A stretch of DNA of 57,646 bases, filler included, from Trichosphaerium sp. ATCC 40318 (taxonomy: Eukaryota > Protista > Tubulinea), in the NCBI GenBank assembly GCA_038496445.1. It is 3 parts of 3 records of this genome, joined end to end, with 100 filler letters (N's around TTAATTAATTAA, not from the genome) between each part and the next. Parts side by side here need not be neighbours in the genome. Positions count along the whole stretch, not along the records: positions 1 to 23,259 come from JALMLS010000555.1; positions 23,360 to 44,865 come from JALMLS010000405.1; 1 more part is not named here. One strand, given 5' to 3'. Both the position numbers and the translations under genes were made by a program. Positions 13,887-27,424 of the stretch are shown in pieces (the stretch's first letter is position 1; every line of letters begins with the position of its first letter). Under the pieces are notes generated by a model. That model did not search any database and had not been told where the DNA came from. It saw only the letters and a list, made by a program, of their open reading frames with translations.

Positions 13887-15434
13887 AATAACCCCGCAAT
13901 ACTGTAAAAGAAATTCGGCGACAGCTTTCAATTTTTTTTCGCGAAGATGCCTTCATCTGCTTTCTACGCGTTTTTATTGCTATTGGCAGTATGTACCTGT
14001 GTCATAAATGCTCAAGGGGATTGTTTTTATCATTGCCCGAAAGGAAAGCTAAAACTCAATGCTGAGTAATTCTAACAGCGAATAGGCAGCGTTAAGATGG
14101 TAAATACAAAACACACGCCCACAGCCAATGGATGTGGTGCAATGGGCATACAAGTACGTAAGCGCATCATTTTTAGCGTCTAGATGATGTTTTAAGCGTT
14201 GTTTATTGATAATCAAGTAAAGTAGCATTAAAGAGCGCTGATTCCCTTCTAGGTATCATCCAAGTTCGATTTTACAAGCTGTTGCAACCGTCATGATTAT
14301 TGTTACGATACATGCAGAAAAGACAAAAAAAAGTGTGATGACGCATTCCACGTACGCTAAGAGATGCAGTGGTTATTTTTTTGTGCTTCAATCGCGTTTC
14401 ATGTGCTATTTGAACAAAAAACCGCTCAAAACTGATCAAACAACGCATGAAATCGAATTAAATGCTTCTTTATTGTCTTTCTTGTCTAACTTCTTTTTTT
14501 TCTGTAGCAATGCATGCAAACGCACTGTAGAAAACAATACAAAGCGACTCTCAACATAAATGAATGTTTGGGAATGGTACGGTCGCTTTTTAAACCTCAG
14601 CGTCCGTTTTCACAAAAAGTGACGATTTCTCTTTTTTTCAAAAAAACAATTTTTTATGGTGTTCCTACGTACTCCAAGGCCCAAAGGACTTTGTATTACT
14701 ATAAAACAACTATTTATAAATCTATTCCATACATTACTGGATTTGTTTGACGGTCATGAGAGGCGATAGGCTTTTTTTACTTTTTTCTTTTTTTATTCTT
14801 ATTTTTTTTTTTCTTTAGGCCAAAACGTACTATAGTGGTACTCTCATTTTCGGATGTACTCCATTCTTGGAAAGTCAACAAAACGCTTGCACGTGTGTTA
14901 AGAAAAAGCCAAAAGATTATGATGCTAAACAAGCTGCAAAGAAATCAAAAAAAGCGAAAGACAAGCCAAAGTACGAGCTTTAAAAAAAAAATAATAAACA
15001 TTCCATTCTCGTACATACCTTCAAGCTTGTTTTCAATGTGTATAGCTTTTGCTTAACCAAACCACAACATTCAACTTTACAGCAATACTGTTGCTTGAAT
15101 ACTAAAACGCCTTGCTTGTACTGACCTTGAAGTACTTCTTCCTCGCTGTATGTCCAAATATCTCTATGTATCGTGTATTTACCATCAAGACTCGTTCTTA
15201 TAGTTATTCACAAATAGAGTCTCTTACCTCTTCTTTCTCCTAAAACTCACCTTCGCTTTTATTGTTGTTGTACCATCCTTCCCATGTTCTAATGTCATTT
15301 GTTATCATGCCTTCTCTACGTGATTTAATGTATTTAAACATTTCCATGTATTACATATTTTGATGTTACTTAGACGCCACAATAATGCTGTAGCTACACA
15401 TTTGATACTAACTAAAGGGAGCTTTATTGAACGT

Positions 15435-17315
15435 TTACAATTGTTTGTCTTGGTACTCAATAAAGTCAAGACGCTCAAGTACAGTGAATCCAAGCCTTTT
15501 CATAACCTTTCCTGTGACATCATTCAAGTCAACGCACATACGATTCAGTTTGGATCCAAATTTTTGTGCTCTTGATTTGTCAAACCCTGCTGATATCAAA
15601 GTACTCACCCACTCAATTTTTTCACTTGATTGTACGGTTCTTTCAGACGGTTTCGGCTTCTAACAGAAGTGAGTATAATCAATAAAAAACGGTAGCTTGT
15701 ACATTCACTTTAGCAACATCTGAATGAGTTGTAACAAATGGTGTACTAGATAAGTTGATGGTATTCTAAAAACCAGTTAATTAATACAAAATAAACATTT
15801 TTTATATTGATGTACCTTCTTGTCAATTACGGAAATATTTGGTTTATTTATCCATGAATTTTGAGGCATTGCTGCTCTTGGATCATTTTGTATGTTGTCA
15901 GAACGATTATCATCATTTGGTTGGTCATACTTCTTTATCACTATTAGCTATACTATTTGATTAGAACATACCTTATTGTAGTCTTTATGGCTTTGACTTA
16001 TGTTGAGGAAGTTGTTGTCTTGATTTTGGTGTATTTTAAAGGCTTCAAGGGCATCTTGAATGATATCAAGGTGATCAGGATCATCTCCAAACTTGGTGTA
16101 ATCACGATTGGGCTCAACCACGGCTTTTGACAAGTACTTATCTTTTCTGTCTTCTTTTAACTCTGCATTCATTGCTTTCATGTCATTGTCTTTGGCTTTG
16201 CAAGTATCTTTGTTTGTTTGCTAATGACTTGTCAAATAGACAGAAAGATGAATGAGATTACAAAGTACCTTTTGGTGATTGTTGAATGTTAACTTTTGTC
16301 GTGTTGATTCACCACAATAATTATCTCCACCTGTGACCAACTGAAAGTCATGAGATATTGCCAAGTAATGCCATTGTTTATTGGCAAACTCAAGATATTT
16401 TCCAGGTAATTTTAATGGTTTGTTTGATGAGAACGAATCAATCCATTTCCCTTTACCCCAACCAAACAAACAACCTTCATCATCAATCGCAAATGATGTA
16501 CAGTAACCAGAATGTACAGATTTGATGTTATTGAGTCCTTTGATGATACCCTGGCCATACTCATCATCAATACCCAACCCAAGACGCCCATTGTCGTTGT
16601 ATCCAAAAGAAAATACTTGTCCTGACTTGAGGAGAACAAGTACATGCCTAAAACCAATGGCAATATCAGTGGCATCATCAATACTTGGAACACGTGAAAT
16701 TGTCTTTGGATTCAAGAATAATGATTTATCTATTGCTTTATATGGTGTTGTTCCCCAAAGAAAGACATGACCTGTTGACGTCATTGCTCCACTTACAAAC
16801 AAATTAGTTTGAATTTTTTGAACATTTTGAAGATTTGGAATAACCGCTGGTGATGAAACTTGAAAATTGTCGAATGAATGACCCAATCCTTGATATTCGT
16901 TGTCTCCCCAAGAGTAGACATGACCTGATTTTGATAATGCCATACTCACACGATAGGCAGAGACTTTCGTGATATTGTTGAGATTTGGAACACGTGTTGG
17001 TGACGAAACAGGTGACGCAAAGTCACCCAGACCCAATGACCCGTTTGAATTACGGCCCCATGAATACACAATACCGTTTGAATCAACGGCAAGGCTATGA
17101 TTCCGTCCAGCAGCAATACAGACGATATTTATGACTGATTTTATTGGTCTTGCGATAGAACTCTTTTTTTCGTCTGTGTTACCCAATTGGTGCTCATTGT
17201 TTTGTCCCCACGTGTAAACAAAGCCATCGTCTGCGATTACCATTGAATGTTCGTAACCAGTGGCCAAACGGTTAAAATATTGTAATTTAACTGACGAAGA
17301 TTGTAGTTCTGCCAT
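15435..17315 (-). CDS. RCC1 repeat + divergent SAM-like domain protein, copy 3
   Basis: RCC1 exon near-identical to copies 1/2 with the same donor (AAG|gtactt) and the same KAMNAELKEDRKDKY exon. Last exon WVSTLISAGFDKSRAQKFGSKL...KRLGFTVLERLDF aligns with the SAM exon of copies 1/2. Confidence 0.8.
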
Positions 17316-17714
17316 AACGTTATAATTGTAGAGCCTGTATCTAAATAATGTAAATAGGTTTTGGGGCAGCTATTCGTACTTGTTTATTCTCAGACACCGT
17401 ATGTTATTGCCACGTGATAGTAGTAAACCTTGGTCAAACAATAACCGATATTTTATTTGCGCTTTTTACAAGGAGGTCACGTGCCAAGCCAGGTCAGGAT
17501 AGGGTTCGCACGTGAGCGATAATCTAGATAAGAATAAATTTTTGAATTTGCAAAACACAGTTTCAACCTCAAATAATACATCCTTGACGCTCACTGCTTC
17601 AAATGTAGTGACTAAGCTAAGTCACAATTACGGTTGAACTTATTCAGTTTGTAGTTAAGCATCAAACTTGTAATTGACATATAAAGAACGTTTAATCGCC
17701 TGTGAGGTTGAATA

Positions 17715-20681
17715 ATGGCACATAAGGTGCTTTTAATAGTATATTTATTTTCTATGGCTCTGTGTGTACTGTGTGACTGCGCACCCTATATACACAATGT
17801 TACAGGAACCCCGTTTAGGTACGCGCAATACAAAAAGATTAATCCGAATCAAAACTTCGCTTTTGCTCGCAATGCACTTCTATGCGCCATTTTTACTGCT
17901 ATTGAGTATTTATAATCACTTTAAAGAAAGTTTTCACAAAGTGTTGTTTACGCTAACAGAAGTAATTCTTTGTTAAACCATCTGTACACTAAAAAAACAC
18001 CATCATCACGCGTTGTAGACGTTTTTGATTGGAAAACAAGTTTTAGAGAGAAAAAGAATTTGAACTCGTCTTTTGTTTGCTATCGCTTTCTTACGTTTTA
18101 TTAGGTGCGACAGCGTAATTGAAAATCAATTAATCGTCTTCCTTCCCGAAAATGAAACGCAAGCATCAATACAATCGTACGACCTTTTAATTACAAACAA
18201 ACAACACCTAGAATACTGTACAGCTCGAAATCAGCAAAGATTAGACGGTTGTCTATTACCTATTTACTTTTTTGTTCGTCGTTGGCTTACAGCAGCTTAG
18301 CTCGATTGAAAAGCAATTTCAACAGCTAGATATCTTGGATTTCGTTGGTGGCGCATCGTGCAAGGCATCTGTTGTGTTGTTCGGGTGTCAAAGTGCTTTT
18401 AAAACATGCAATGATTCGTTTCGTGAAGGTTTTTCTCTACCTTGTCGAGATGCCTGTGATGATATTGCTCTTCAGTGCTCTCCATTCTTATCGCTTGGAG
18501 ATGTGGATTTACCAGATTGTGATGTGGTGTCTCAGGAATGCAATGGCACCACAACCAATAATGCTACAGGTGACTGAAGCCTATTTTTGTGTCATTTTTT
18601 TCTCGCGGTTTAATTTCTTCCAAACACCATGCCTACTCATGCTTAATACTGTAGTGGGCGCTTTGACTTGCTTCCCTCCACGTTTATTACCGGACGTAGA
18701 GTCAACAGAATACCTATATAGTATGTTCCTTACTTCCAAAGAAAGCTACTTGGAAGCAAAAATAATATTTTGTTTAGATGAAGGACCTTGTTATTCTTGT
18801 CCTCCTACAGCGTTCTCAGACCGATCACAGAATATAATAAATATATTCACTGCAATTGTAAGTGGGTTAGGGTCTTTATTAGCGTTAGGAAGCTTCTTGA
18901 TGTTCATAGGAAGTCCGAAGTAAGTACCATCAATAGATCGCTTTTTCATGCTAACTTTTTTTTTTTCCGGTTTCGGAAATTCCAAACTCAGTTCTTTCCA
19001 ATCATCACAGCAGATGCTTTCGCTACAGGAGTCTGCTTATTTGTATCTATACTATCACCAAACTTTTTTATTTGTGAAAACAAAGCGAGGTTAGCTCATA
19101 CATGGCATGCTCCATGTACAATTCAAGGTGAGTTAAAATATTTTAAAACAGTAGCAATTTCTGATCCCAAAAAATAGGTGTTTTTGTTATATTTGCTGCA
19201 CATCAACTTATTATTACGTGGTCAGTAATGGCTACAAATCTTGGCTATATAACTTTCCGTGGTACCAAGCTTGTGAGTGGTAAATTTCCGTTACATTATA
19301 GAATTGTACGTTTTACTCTGTCCATCGCCTCTACAGAGAGTAATGGGTCTTTAGATTGTTTATTGTATACTTTGGGGTATACCAGGAATATTCACTTTCA
19401 TTGCTTTGGTAGGCGGATATATTGAGGCAGTTCCTGGACTACCCTTTTGTTTCAGTACGTGATAAACTTATTCTTATTTTTTTTTCTTTTTTTCAGCAAG
19501 CGATGAAAAAATGTTTACTGTCACGTGATTTTGTTTTACTATCTGTGATACCGAAAATGAACACATAGATATTATGCTTGAAACATTTACGTTACAGCTA
19601 GTACCTACAATAGCACTATGCTGCCAAACAAAACCAGATTGTCGTTCAGTTTTCTTATTTTGTTTTAAGTTACAATTGGAGATGACTGGGCTCAATGGAT
19701 ATTTTACTTTGGATTACCGTTGATACCAGCTTCATTTGTAGGAGTTATTTCGCTTGTTTATATGCTCTATCATATCTACAAGGTACCATACAAAGTCAAA
19801 GTTTTATTGGAAAAAAATTAACTTTGAATTTTAAAGCAAAGAAATTTGGCAGCTGACTCGAAGTCTAAAATGCAAACAAGAAATCTTATCATAGCACATC
19901 TTGTTTGTTATTTTTGCACGTTAATGTATATAGTAGGGTACACGCTACACGTTTTTTTTTCCACCAGTGGTTTTATGCCAATAGCTTTTTGATTAATTTT
20001 TTTTGTTTTTTAGGTTCAGGGCTTACACTGAGTCTCTATCGGGCTTTGGACTTAACAAGTTGGTAACATGTTTACAACAAAATACAGGTAACGTAGATAA
20101 ATGTTTTACAGATGATTTCCTATCCTTACCAGCTACGCTCCTGTTTGTCTTTTGTATTGGTGGTACGTTTTTTTATTTACTCATATTGGACTCAAACAAA
20201 AAGACTGGAACAATCCTCCTTCAGCAGTAGTTACTTTGCACTTTGGAAACAAGAAATTTACTTGCATCAAACGTCAGTTGATTTATCCAGTTTAATACTG
20301 GCGATAGTCATAGAACAACGCTTATTTTTTTTAAAGAAGTAAAACTTGTTCTTTTTTGACCACGTGGAGAATTTTCTATGAATACATTCTTTGCTCGCTT
20401 ATTGTTCTTGATAATAATATTAACTGGGTTTAGGAAATGGTATTATTTTGTTCATAGCTTTTATGTTTGGCAGGTAATCAAAAAGAACAACTTGCTGCAT
20501 TTTCCAACTTTTTTTTTTGTGATGATATCACTTTTCACCTGTTTTTAGATCATATCGGCAATTGATCGCTAGTTATTTCTGTCCTATATGGAAAGCAGCT
20601 GGTGGAAGCACTCTTTTTACCTCATCAGAGAGTAGTACTACATCAGTTATAATGGGACAACAAGGCTCATTTCAACAATGA
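17715..20681 (+). CDS. Frizzled/Smoothened-like GPCR (Cys-rich domain + multi-TM), multi-exon
   Basis: Signal peptide; Fz-type CRD pattern (C...FGCQSAFKTC...LPCRDACDDIALQC...LPDC); PCTIQG motif; several hydrophobic segments. Confidence 0.75.
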
Positions 20682-20906
20682 CGTACATCTTACCAACAAA
20701 GACTTTTTGTCACAAATGTCGGATTATCAAGCATCTAATAATAATCTTGATACTACTTTAAATAAACTATAGAATCGCTGTACAAAAATAAGTGGGTTGA
20801 AGTCCAAGGGCAGTAGCACCAAGCGAAGCATCGACAGTTTTTTTAGAAAAAAGTCAACGTTTTTTCTTTTCGCTTGAAATAAAACTCATCACGTTAATTA
20901 GCCGCC

Positions 20907-23010
20907 ATGACTACTGAACAGCTGCCTAAAGAGATTTTATCATCTATTCTTTCCGAATTGCCGCTTTGCGAGTTGAATAGAGTGTCGTTGGTTTGTAAGT
21001 ACGTGATTTTGGTTTAATTAGATAAATAACGGTATACAGACGCTGGTCAGACACGTTTAGTAATGAACGGCTTTGGAGGACCCAATTTCGTTCTAGGTGG
21101 ATGCCACAAAGCGAAGATGTTCCAAAATCGCATAGACTAGCGTCTAAAACATGGAAAGAGGTAATACATGGCAAAAACAAGCGTTAAAACTCACAATATT
21201 ACAAGACGTACATTAAACACCATATAACGAGTACATGGGATTATATTGATACACGTATAAAGCTTGACGAAGTGCGTTTGGGCAAAATAATGAAATGACA
21301 CACTTGGCGTTAACGTATATTTTTTTGAAGGTATGGAACGTTAGTTGGAGTCCAAACGGAGAATATCTTTGTGCTTCAGGCAAGTCTACAAATACCTGCT
21401 TTTTTTTTTATTATTTAAAACCTTCTTCAACAATGACACGTACAGTGGTCGTTCCATAGGACCATGGATGATCTCCTCCAGCGACCACTATGTTGTCATG
21501 TTTGTTGAGGTTTTATTTCTTGAAAGGTACAAGACGTGTTAATTAGTGTTACAGGCGCACATGGTATAAGCTTGTTTAAACTAGAAAATGATGAACTAGT
21601 ATCTTGGCTTGACCTGGTAGATGGTAGAAGTGCTGTATCTTCACATAAATGGTCTGAATGTAGTAATTACCTTGTCTATGCTATGAAAGTACGTCAAGCA
21701 CATTTTTTTTTTGTCACGTGATTTAATTTAACCAAACTACAGGACAATGAAGTATGTACTATTTGGTACATGAAAGAGGAAAAGTATGTTGGAACGTTTG
21801 ATGCGTCACCTTTTGATATAATGCCGCAGTTTGTGACAATAGAAGATAGGCTCTATTTGCTTACAAGTAAGATTTTCTTGGTACCTTTTTTTTTTTTTTT
21901 TTTTTCTTCTTTTTGTTATGTCTTTCTTTCTGCCTTTCTCTTTATGCTATCTATCTTGTTTTTTACTCATGTTGTTTCAAAGATTGTATTCATAGACGTC
22001 AAGTAGTTTTTTCAATATATACTATCTCTAATGGTAACTTGTTACCTTACAAGGTGGATGACTTTGGGATGACAATTCATAAGATGATACCACAAAAGTA
22101 TGTATCTGAAATATGGTATTATACAATATCAGGTCTGATGGTAACCAATGATCAGAAATATCTTGGCACGTGACAGAATATAAGTCTTTCACGTTTTTTT
22201 CGTTTTATTCACAAAAATATCACGTGACTTCAAGTTTTTTTGTACTAATTTGGTGGTGACGTTTAGTCGCTTCTTGTTTTGATGAGATAGGTGGTTCAGA
22301 TTATAAGATAAGCATAGTTGTCTATGAAATAAGCATGCTCTTCTCAGAAGAAACGAATGTGCTTAATTTTGATAATGCTTATTTACATGTACACGCGCCA
22401 GGAGATATTGTTGGATTAGTATGTTCACCTGATTCGAAATCTGTGCTAGTAACGTATGTCTGTACAACACTTTTTGCTGTATTTTTTTTTCTCCAATTTT
22501 GAAGCTCTTTCGTTCAATTTCTTTGTTTCTTTTGTCCTTATTTGTCAATTTAACCTCTTATTCAGTTTACGTGCTATTACTGAAGAAGGCAACTTCTTGA
22601 GGATTTACATATAGTAGAAATGTCGTTAGAGGATGGATCAATGACGACTATTGTTAATACAAAATGTCTTCATGGTGGAGGAGCTGATGTGTTTTTCATT
22701 TTTCCTTCATACTCCAATGACGGTAATTATATTCTATGTGGTGATAATCATGGGAAAGTGGGTATTTTCACTAGAGGTGGAATAAAGCTGGCTATAATGG
22801 AACACAGTAAGTAACAAAAAATGTTGTGTGGCTTGTTTTTTTTGTTTTCTAATTTTTTTCTTACAAGAAATGAAAAAGCTTGTAAACCAAATATCTTGGC
22901 ACCCGATAAAAGAAATGTTTGCAACTGGATGTGATGATTATACTGTAAAATTATGGAAACCAAAAGCATCCATCGCTCCTCAAAAAGTGCAAGAAACGGA
23001 AGAAAACTAA
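20907..23010 (+). CDS. F-box/WD40-repeat protein, multi-exon
   Basis: F-box EQLPKEILSSILSELPLCELNRVSLVCK|RW; WD repeats YSNDGNYILCGDNHGKVGIF and ISWHPIKEMFATGCDDYTVKLWK. Confidence 0.8.
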
Positions 23011-23259
23011 TGATTTGATGTCATATATGAAGTAAAAAAAAAAAAAAAGCTGTTCTGTGTTTGTCATTCGATTATAAACCTTGTAGTAAAAATATAGTAC
23101 TAGCTGTATCAAGTTGGTGGCATTCTGTAAGAAATAGCGAGTTGTCACATCTACCAATCAACAAATCTAACTAACGACAGAAGCTTTCATCAATTGATAA
23201 TGGAACAATATTTTCTACATTGAAATTGTTTGTTAACTGTTTTGATAATACGATTGATT

Positions 23260-23359
23260 NNNNNNNNNNNNNNNNNNNNNNNNNNNNNNNNNNNNNNNNN
23301 NNNTTAATTAATTAANNNNNNNNNNNNNNNNNNNNNNNNNNNNNNNNNNNNNNNNNNNN
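23260..23359. other. Artificial contig linker
   Basis: N44-TTAATTAATTAA-N44, stops in all six frames. Confidence 0.98.
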
Positions 23360-24143
23360 AAAAAATGGGTTCTCAGTGCCTTCTTCTTCTTCATCACTTT
23401 CTTCATCAGATGGAGCTTGGCCCATAGTATTAGGGACTACCTTTGGCATTTGTTGAGGGCCTTTTACGTCTGGTGGAGCGCCACCAGTGGATTTTCCCTA
23501 AAATAAAATTAAAAACATAAAAGTTATTTTACGTAAAATGTTCTTAGTTTGCGCCAAATGTGTTTGTTACCTTTTTTACGCTTTCTGTCTTTACCATTGC
23601 ATTTGGTGTCGATTCAAATCGAGCCAACACGTCTGTTTCGTCTTCGTGTATAGCGCCATTATCAATTAATACGCCCTTGTTAATGGTTATGATGGGAATT
23701 AATAAAAATTTGTACAAATTAATATAAAAATAACGAACTTGTCCTGGACCAGTCTCAAATGGGTTGAATGGGGTTGGTTGTTCTTCAGGGCGAAGACCGC
23801 GAGCGCTATTAGGTTGATCCGGTTCAGGGATGACTATTGTGTCTTCTTTCGATTCGTGCTGGTTAAAAAACCCAAAAGGGTTGTCTGAATCGGCGCCATG
23901 ACTACTTGCTGGCGCATGGAAGAAAGAATCTTAATAAGATAGTTAATGACATGTACATAGTAGTGTATAGTAGTCTTTTAGCGCGTACTTCGTCCTCTAG
24001 AGCTATCTAGCCTGTAAATAGAAAAAGGATCAAACTGAGCGTCCTGTGCCTTCTTAAGGTCTAGCGACATTGTTGTACAGACTGGTGGTGCGGACAAAAT
24101 TGACCAATATTTTCTGGAGTAACTCACACTTATTCTCCGTCAT
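23360..24143 (-). CDS. 5' part of a spliced gene with repeated NPF motifs (possible endocytic/SCAMP-like protein); cut by contig end, start uncertain
   Basis: Spliced reading contains DNPF, FNPF and ENPF in low-complexity acidic sequence. Confidence 0.5.
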
Positions 24144-24289
24144 AAGTCAACCACAAGGCTTTTAAAAACAAACTACGCACTGTAGGACGATTTGTGATAT
24201 TAATAGATAATGATAAAAACACTGATAATTAATTTATTGGCGTTTTATAAGCTACAGAGTTATACATACATTTGTATCAATGCTTGAGC

Positions 24290-24885
24290 CTAGTTAGAGC
24301 GATGAAAATGTACATGTATCCATTTGCCCTTGAAGTACTGTTAGTTGGTCTCAAAAGTAGCTAACAACGTACATCACGCTTCTCAAATACTCTTGTCTCT
24401 TGTCCTGCGCCTGTGACTGGTGCACCGCTACTAGTTACTTTTTGGCGCAATCTTACGTACGAAACTATTCCTACGTTGCCCATAACGCGAACGTGAGGCG
24501 AAGAGATTGTCATGTTTCGCAAAGCAGCGTTACCCTCTTTTTTAGGTGCACCTTTACACAAGTCAGTCCCAGCAAGCGTAAAAAACAAGCTTTGAACGTT
24601 TTTGTGTAGATCAGAGAACGTTTTTCGGTTTAAACAACGAACCTTTCATAAAATCGAAGTAGAACTTGTGAAATGGTAATCCTTCAACGAGGTGCCTGTA
24701 TTGGTACGTTATGAAAAGAAAATTATTTGGTGGCCATGTAAACGCGCATACCCTGATGCCTCAGGTTCAAAGGCTGTTAAACTAGCGTCACAGAGCGTTG
24801 AGTACGTTTCCCAGTCTCCAGTACCAATTGCTTGTATTAGTTTGTGTGTTGCGTCTAAGAGCTCTTGTTTGGCTGCTTCTGTCAT
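24290..24885 (-). CDS. Stand-alone CaMKII association (hub) domain protein, NTF2-like fold
   Basis: MTEAAKQELLDATHKLIQAIGTGDWETYSTLCDASLTAFEPEA|GHLVEGLPFHKFYF...PHVRVMG..GIVSYVRLRQ...ETRVFEKRD..GKWIHVHFHRS*, matching the CaMKII hub consensus; no kinase domain. Confidence 0.9.
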
Positions 24886-24929
24886 TGTAACTGCTATTTT
24901 ATGAAGTCAAGGTCAGTTCAAGTGTCATA

Positions 24930-27424
24930 ATGCAATCTTGGCTCTCACGTTCACGCTCGTGGCTTGCTCGTGCTACTGCACAAACACCACAAAAAAATAA
25001 ACAACGCGTGGCGAGGAGCTTTTCTTCTGGAAGAATTGGCCAACCAACGCATAAAACGCATCCTCACTTGTTGAAAGAAGGAGAACGTAAGTTAGTAACT
25101 TAATTTTCTTTAATGTAACATTTGTTAGTTACGGTAGGCATACAAGCTTCAGAATACGCTCAAAGGCGCCAAAAACTTGCCAATGAGCTTCAAGATGATG
25201 ATGTAGTTGTTTTATACGCGAACAAGCATGCGCAGATGAGCAATGATATCCCGTACGCTTAGAGATCATACTACACGCCTTTTAGCGCTTGAAATAATTT
25301 TTACAACATGAACAATGCCAAACGCCGTTTAACACGCTTCCTCTAGTTACTACTATCATCAAAATGTAGATTTATTGTACTACACAGGGTTTCAAGAGCC
25401 AGAGTCATTTGCTGTACTCGGTATGACGTTTTTTTCAAACCAACTGATTGCCATTTAAAAAACCGCAAAGAGCTACTCTCCACGTTTTTTGATTTACATC
25501 TGACTTTAGAGAAGAGGTCTGGTAAGATCATATTTAACTTGTTCTTACGAGAGTACGATGCTACAAGGTAATTAAGAAGTGTGACATCTCAAACGAAATG
25601 ACAGCAATTTGTATCATTTTGGCTTATAGTTTACTGCAATTTGTTACATTTCTCGTGTAGTAGTGCTAATATGTTTATAAGAGAACTTTGGAATGGTCCA
25701 TGTGCAGGTCTAGATCGCGCAGCTGATATATTTGGTGCTGATAGGGTACGTTAAATGAAGAGAAACTTATCGCTTTGAAACTTATTGTTATTTGTAGGTA
25801 TTTAAAAGCACTGGACCAGATGCTAAGAGAGCTCTTGATGAGCTTGTCAAACACAATAACACAGTTTACGTTAACACACCTATTGGAGGAGCACCAGAGA
25901 GTCAACCAAAAGTATCAATGAGCGAAGAAAACTGGCAAGATGGTGAGTGAAACCAACACGAAATGTTGTTATTTTAATTAACCAACGTTAGGTACGCCAG
26001 TCGTAGAGCGTTTAAGAATGATCAAGTCTCCTGCTGAGATTGAAGTTATGCGTAAAGCAGGTAGCATTTCCGCTAACGCTTTCAAGCAAGTACGTGCTCT
26101 CAACATCTATTACTCAACATTAATGATAAAAAGGTAATGAAAGATACAAAGCATTTTAAGACTGAGCATCAATTATACTCTGCTATAGAGTATGAATGCA
26201 TGAAGAGAGGATGTCAGAGATTAAGTTACCCTCCTGTCGTAGCTAACGGCGACAGTAACTTGATTCTACATTACATTGAAAATGATGATGTTTTAAAGTA
26301 AGCAAAATGAATTGAAAAAAAAATCAGCCTGATAGTTTTTGTTTTAACGTGACCTAGAGACAATAAATTAATTCTAATGGATGCTGGTGGTGAATATTGG
26401 AATTATAGTAGCGATATTACACGAACATGGCCAGTTAATGGCCGCTTCACACCAGCCCAGCGTGAAGTTTATGATGCTGTACTCTCAGTAAGTTTTGTTA
26501 TTTGTGTCACTTCATGATGTTTATCCTTTCTTACTAGGTCAACCAACAAGTAATACAGAGAGTAAAACCAGGTGTAACTTTAAATGAGTTACATTCAGAC
26601 AGTATATTTTCATTTTTGAAGCCAATGCAAGACATGGGATTAGTTAAGGTAAATTCTCCTGTCTTTGAACCTGCTTGAAAAGAAAAGAAAAAAAAAGAAA
26701 AAGAAAAAATGCGTTAATGTTATCTTACAGGAGAGAACAAATGTTCAAGCTTCTTCAATCACAAGGTTTTATGTCCACTCTGTATCACACTACCTTGGTA
26801 CGCTATACTAATATAGTTGGATAGCTGAAATTAACAAATTATCAAAATAGGAATGGACACACATGATACATCTACAATATCTCATAATATACCTCTAGAA
26901 CCTGGAATGGTATGTTGTCTTTCTCTTTCTACGATCTTATTTTTGTTTAATTCTTTCCAAAACACCTATGTAGTTACCTTTAAGACGTTTCTCAAATAAT
27001 GTTTTAAACAACAAACTTTTTCTTTGATTTTTTATTTCTTTTTTACCTTGTAACTCTTTTATTCGTTTAGGTGTTTACAGTTGAGCCTGGTTTATACATA
27101 GGATATGAGGATGATATACCAGAAAGGTACACAACATAATCTTCAACTCTAAAGAATTGTTTGTCGTTCAGTTTTTTCTTGAACTACGTCCGTTTTTCTG
27201 GACTTCTATTTTAAAATGGAAGTTTGTAGTACAGATTTGATTGATTCTTTCAGAAAATTGAGCTTTGTTCTTGTAGAATAGCGCTCTTACACTTTTTCTA
27301 TAGGTTACGCGGTATTGGCGTTAGAATTGAGGATAATATTCTAGTAACAGAGAATGGTTGTGAAGTTCTAACAAAAGAAGCACCAAAGGTTCCGGAAATG
27401 ATAGAACAAATAATGAACAACTAA
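24930..27424 (+). CDS. XPNPEP3: Xaa-Pro aminopeptidase 3 / Icp55 (M24B), probably mitochondrial, multi-exon
   Basis: Arg/Ser-rich presequence, [72 protein letters not shown]. Confidence 0.9.

Noticed and set aside
14000-15300. Possible small multi-exon gene on the minus strand
   Set aside because: Splice-like signals are present but I could not build a consistent open frame or recognise a domain.
6173-17315. Diversity-generating retroelement behind the RCC1 variation
   Set aside because: Some changes fit adenine mutagenesis (AAA AAG to TTC TGG), but others are C/T or G/T, many adenines in the loops are fixed, and no reverse transcriptase or template repeat is in the window.
23304-23315. TTAATTAATTAA palindrome as a biological site (also at 44910-44921)
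   Set aside because: Centred in identical 100-bp N blocks; an assembly linker. Adjacency across it has no meaning.
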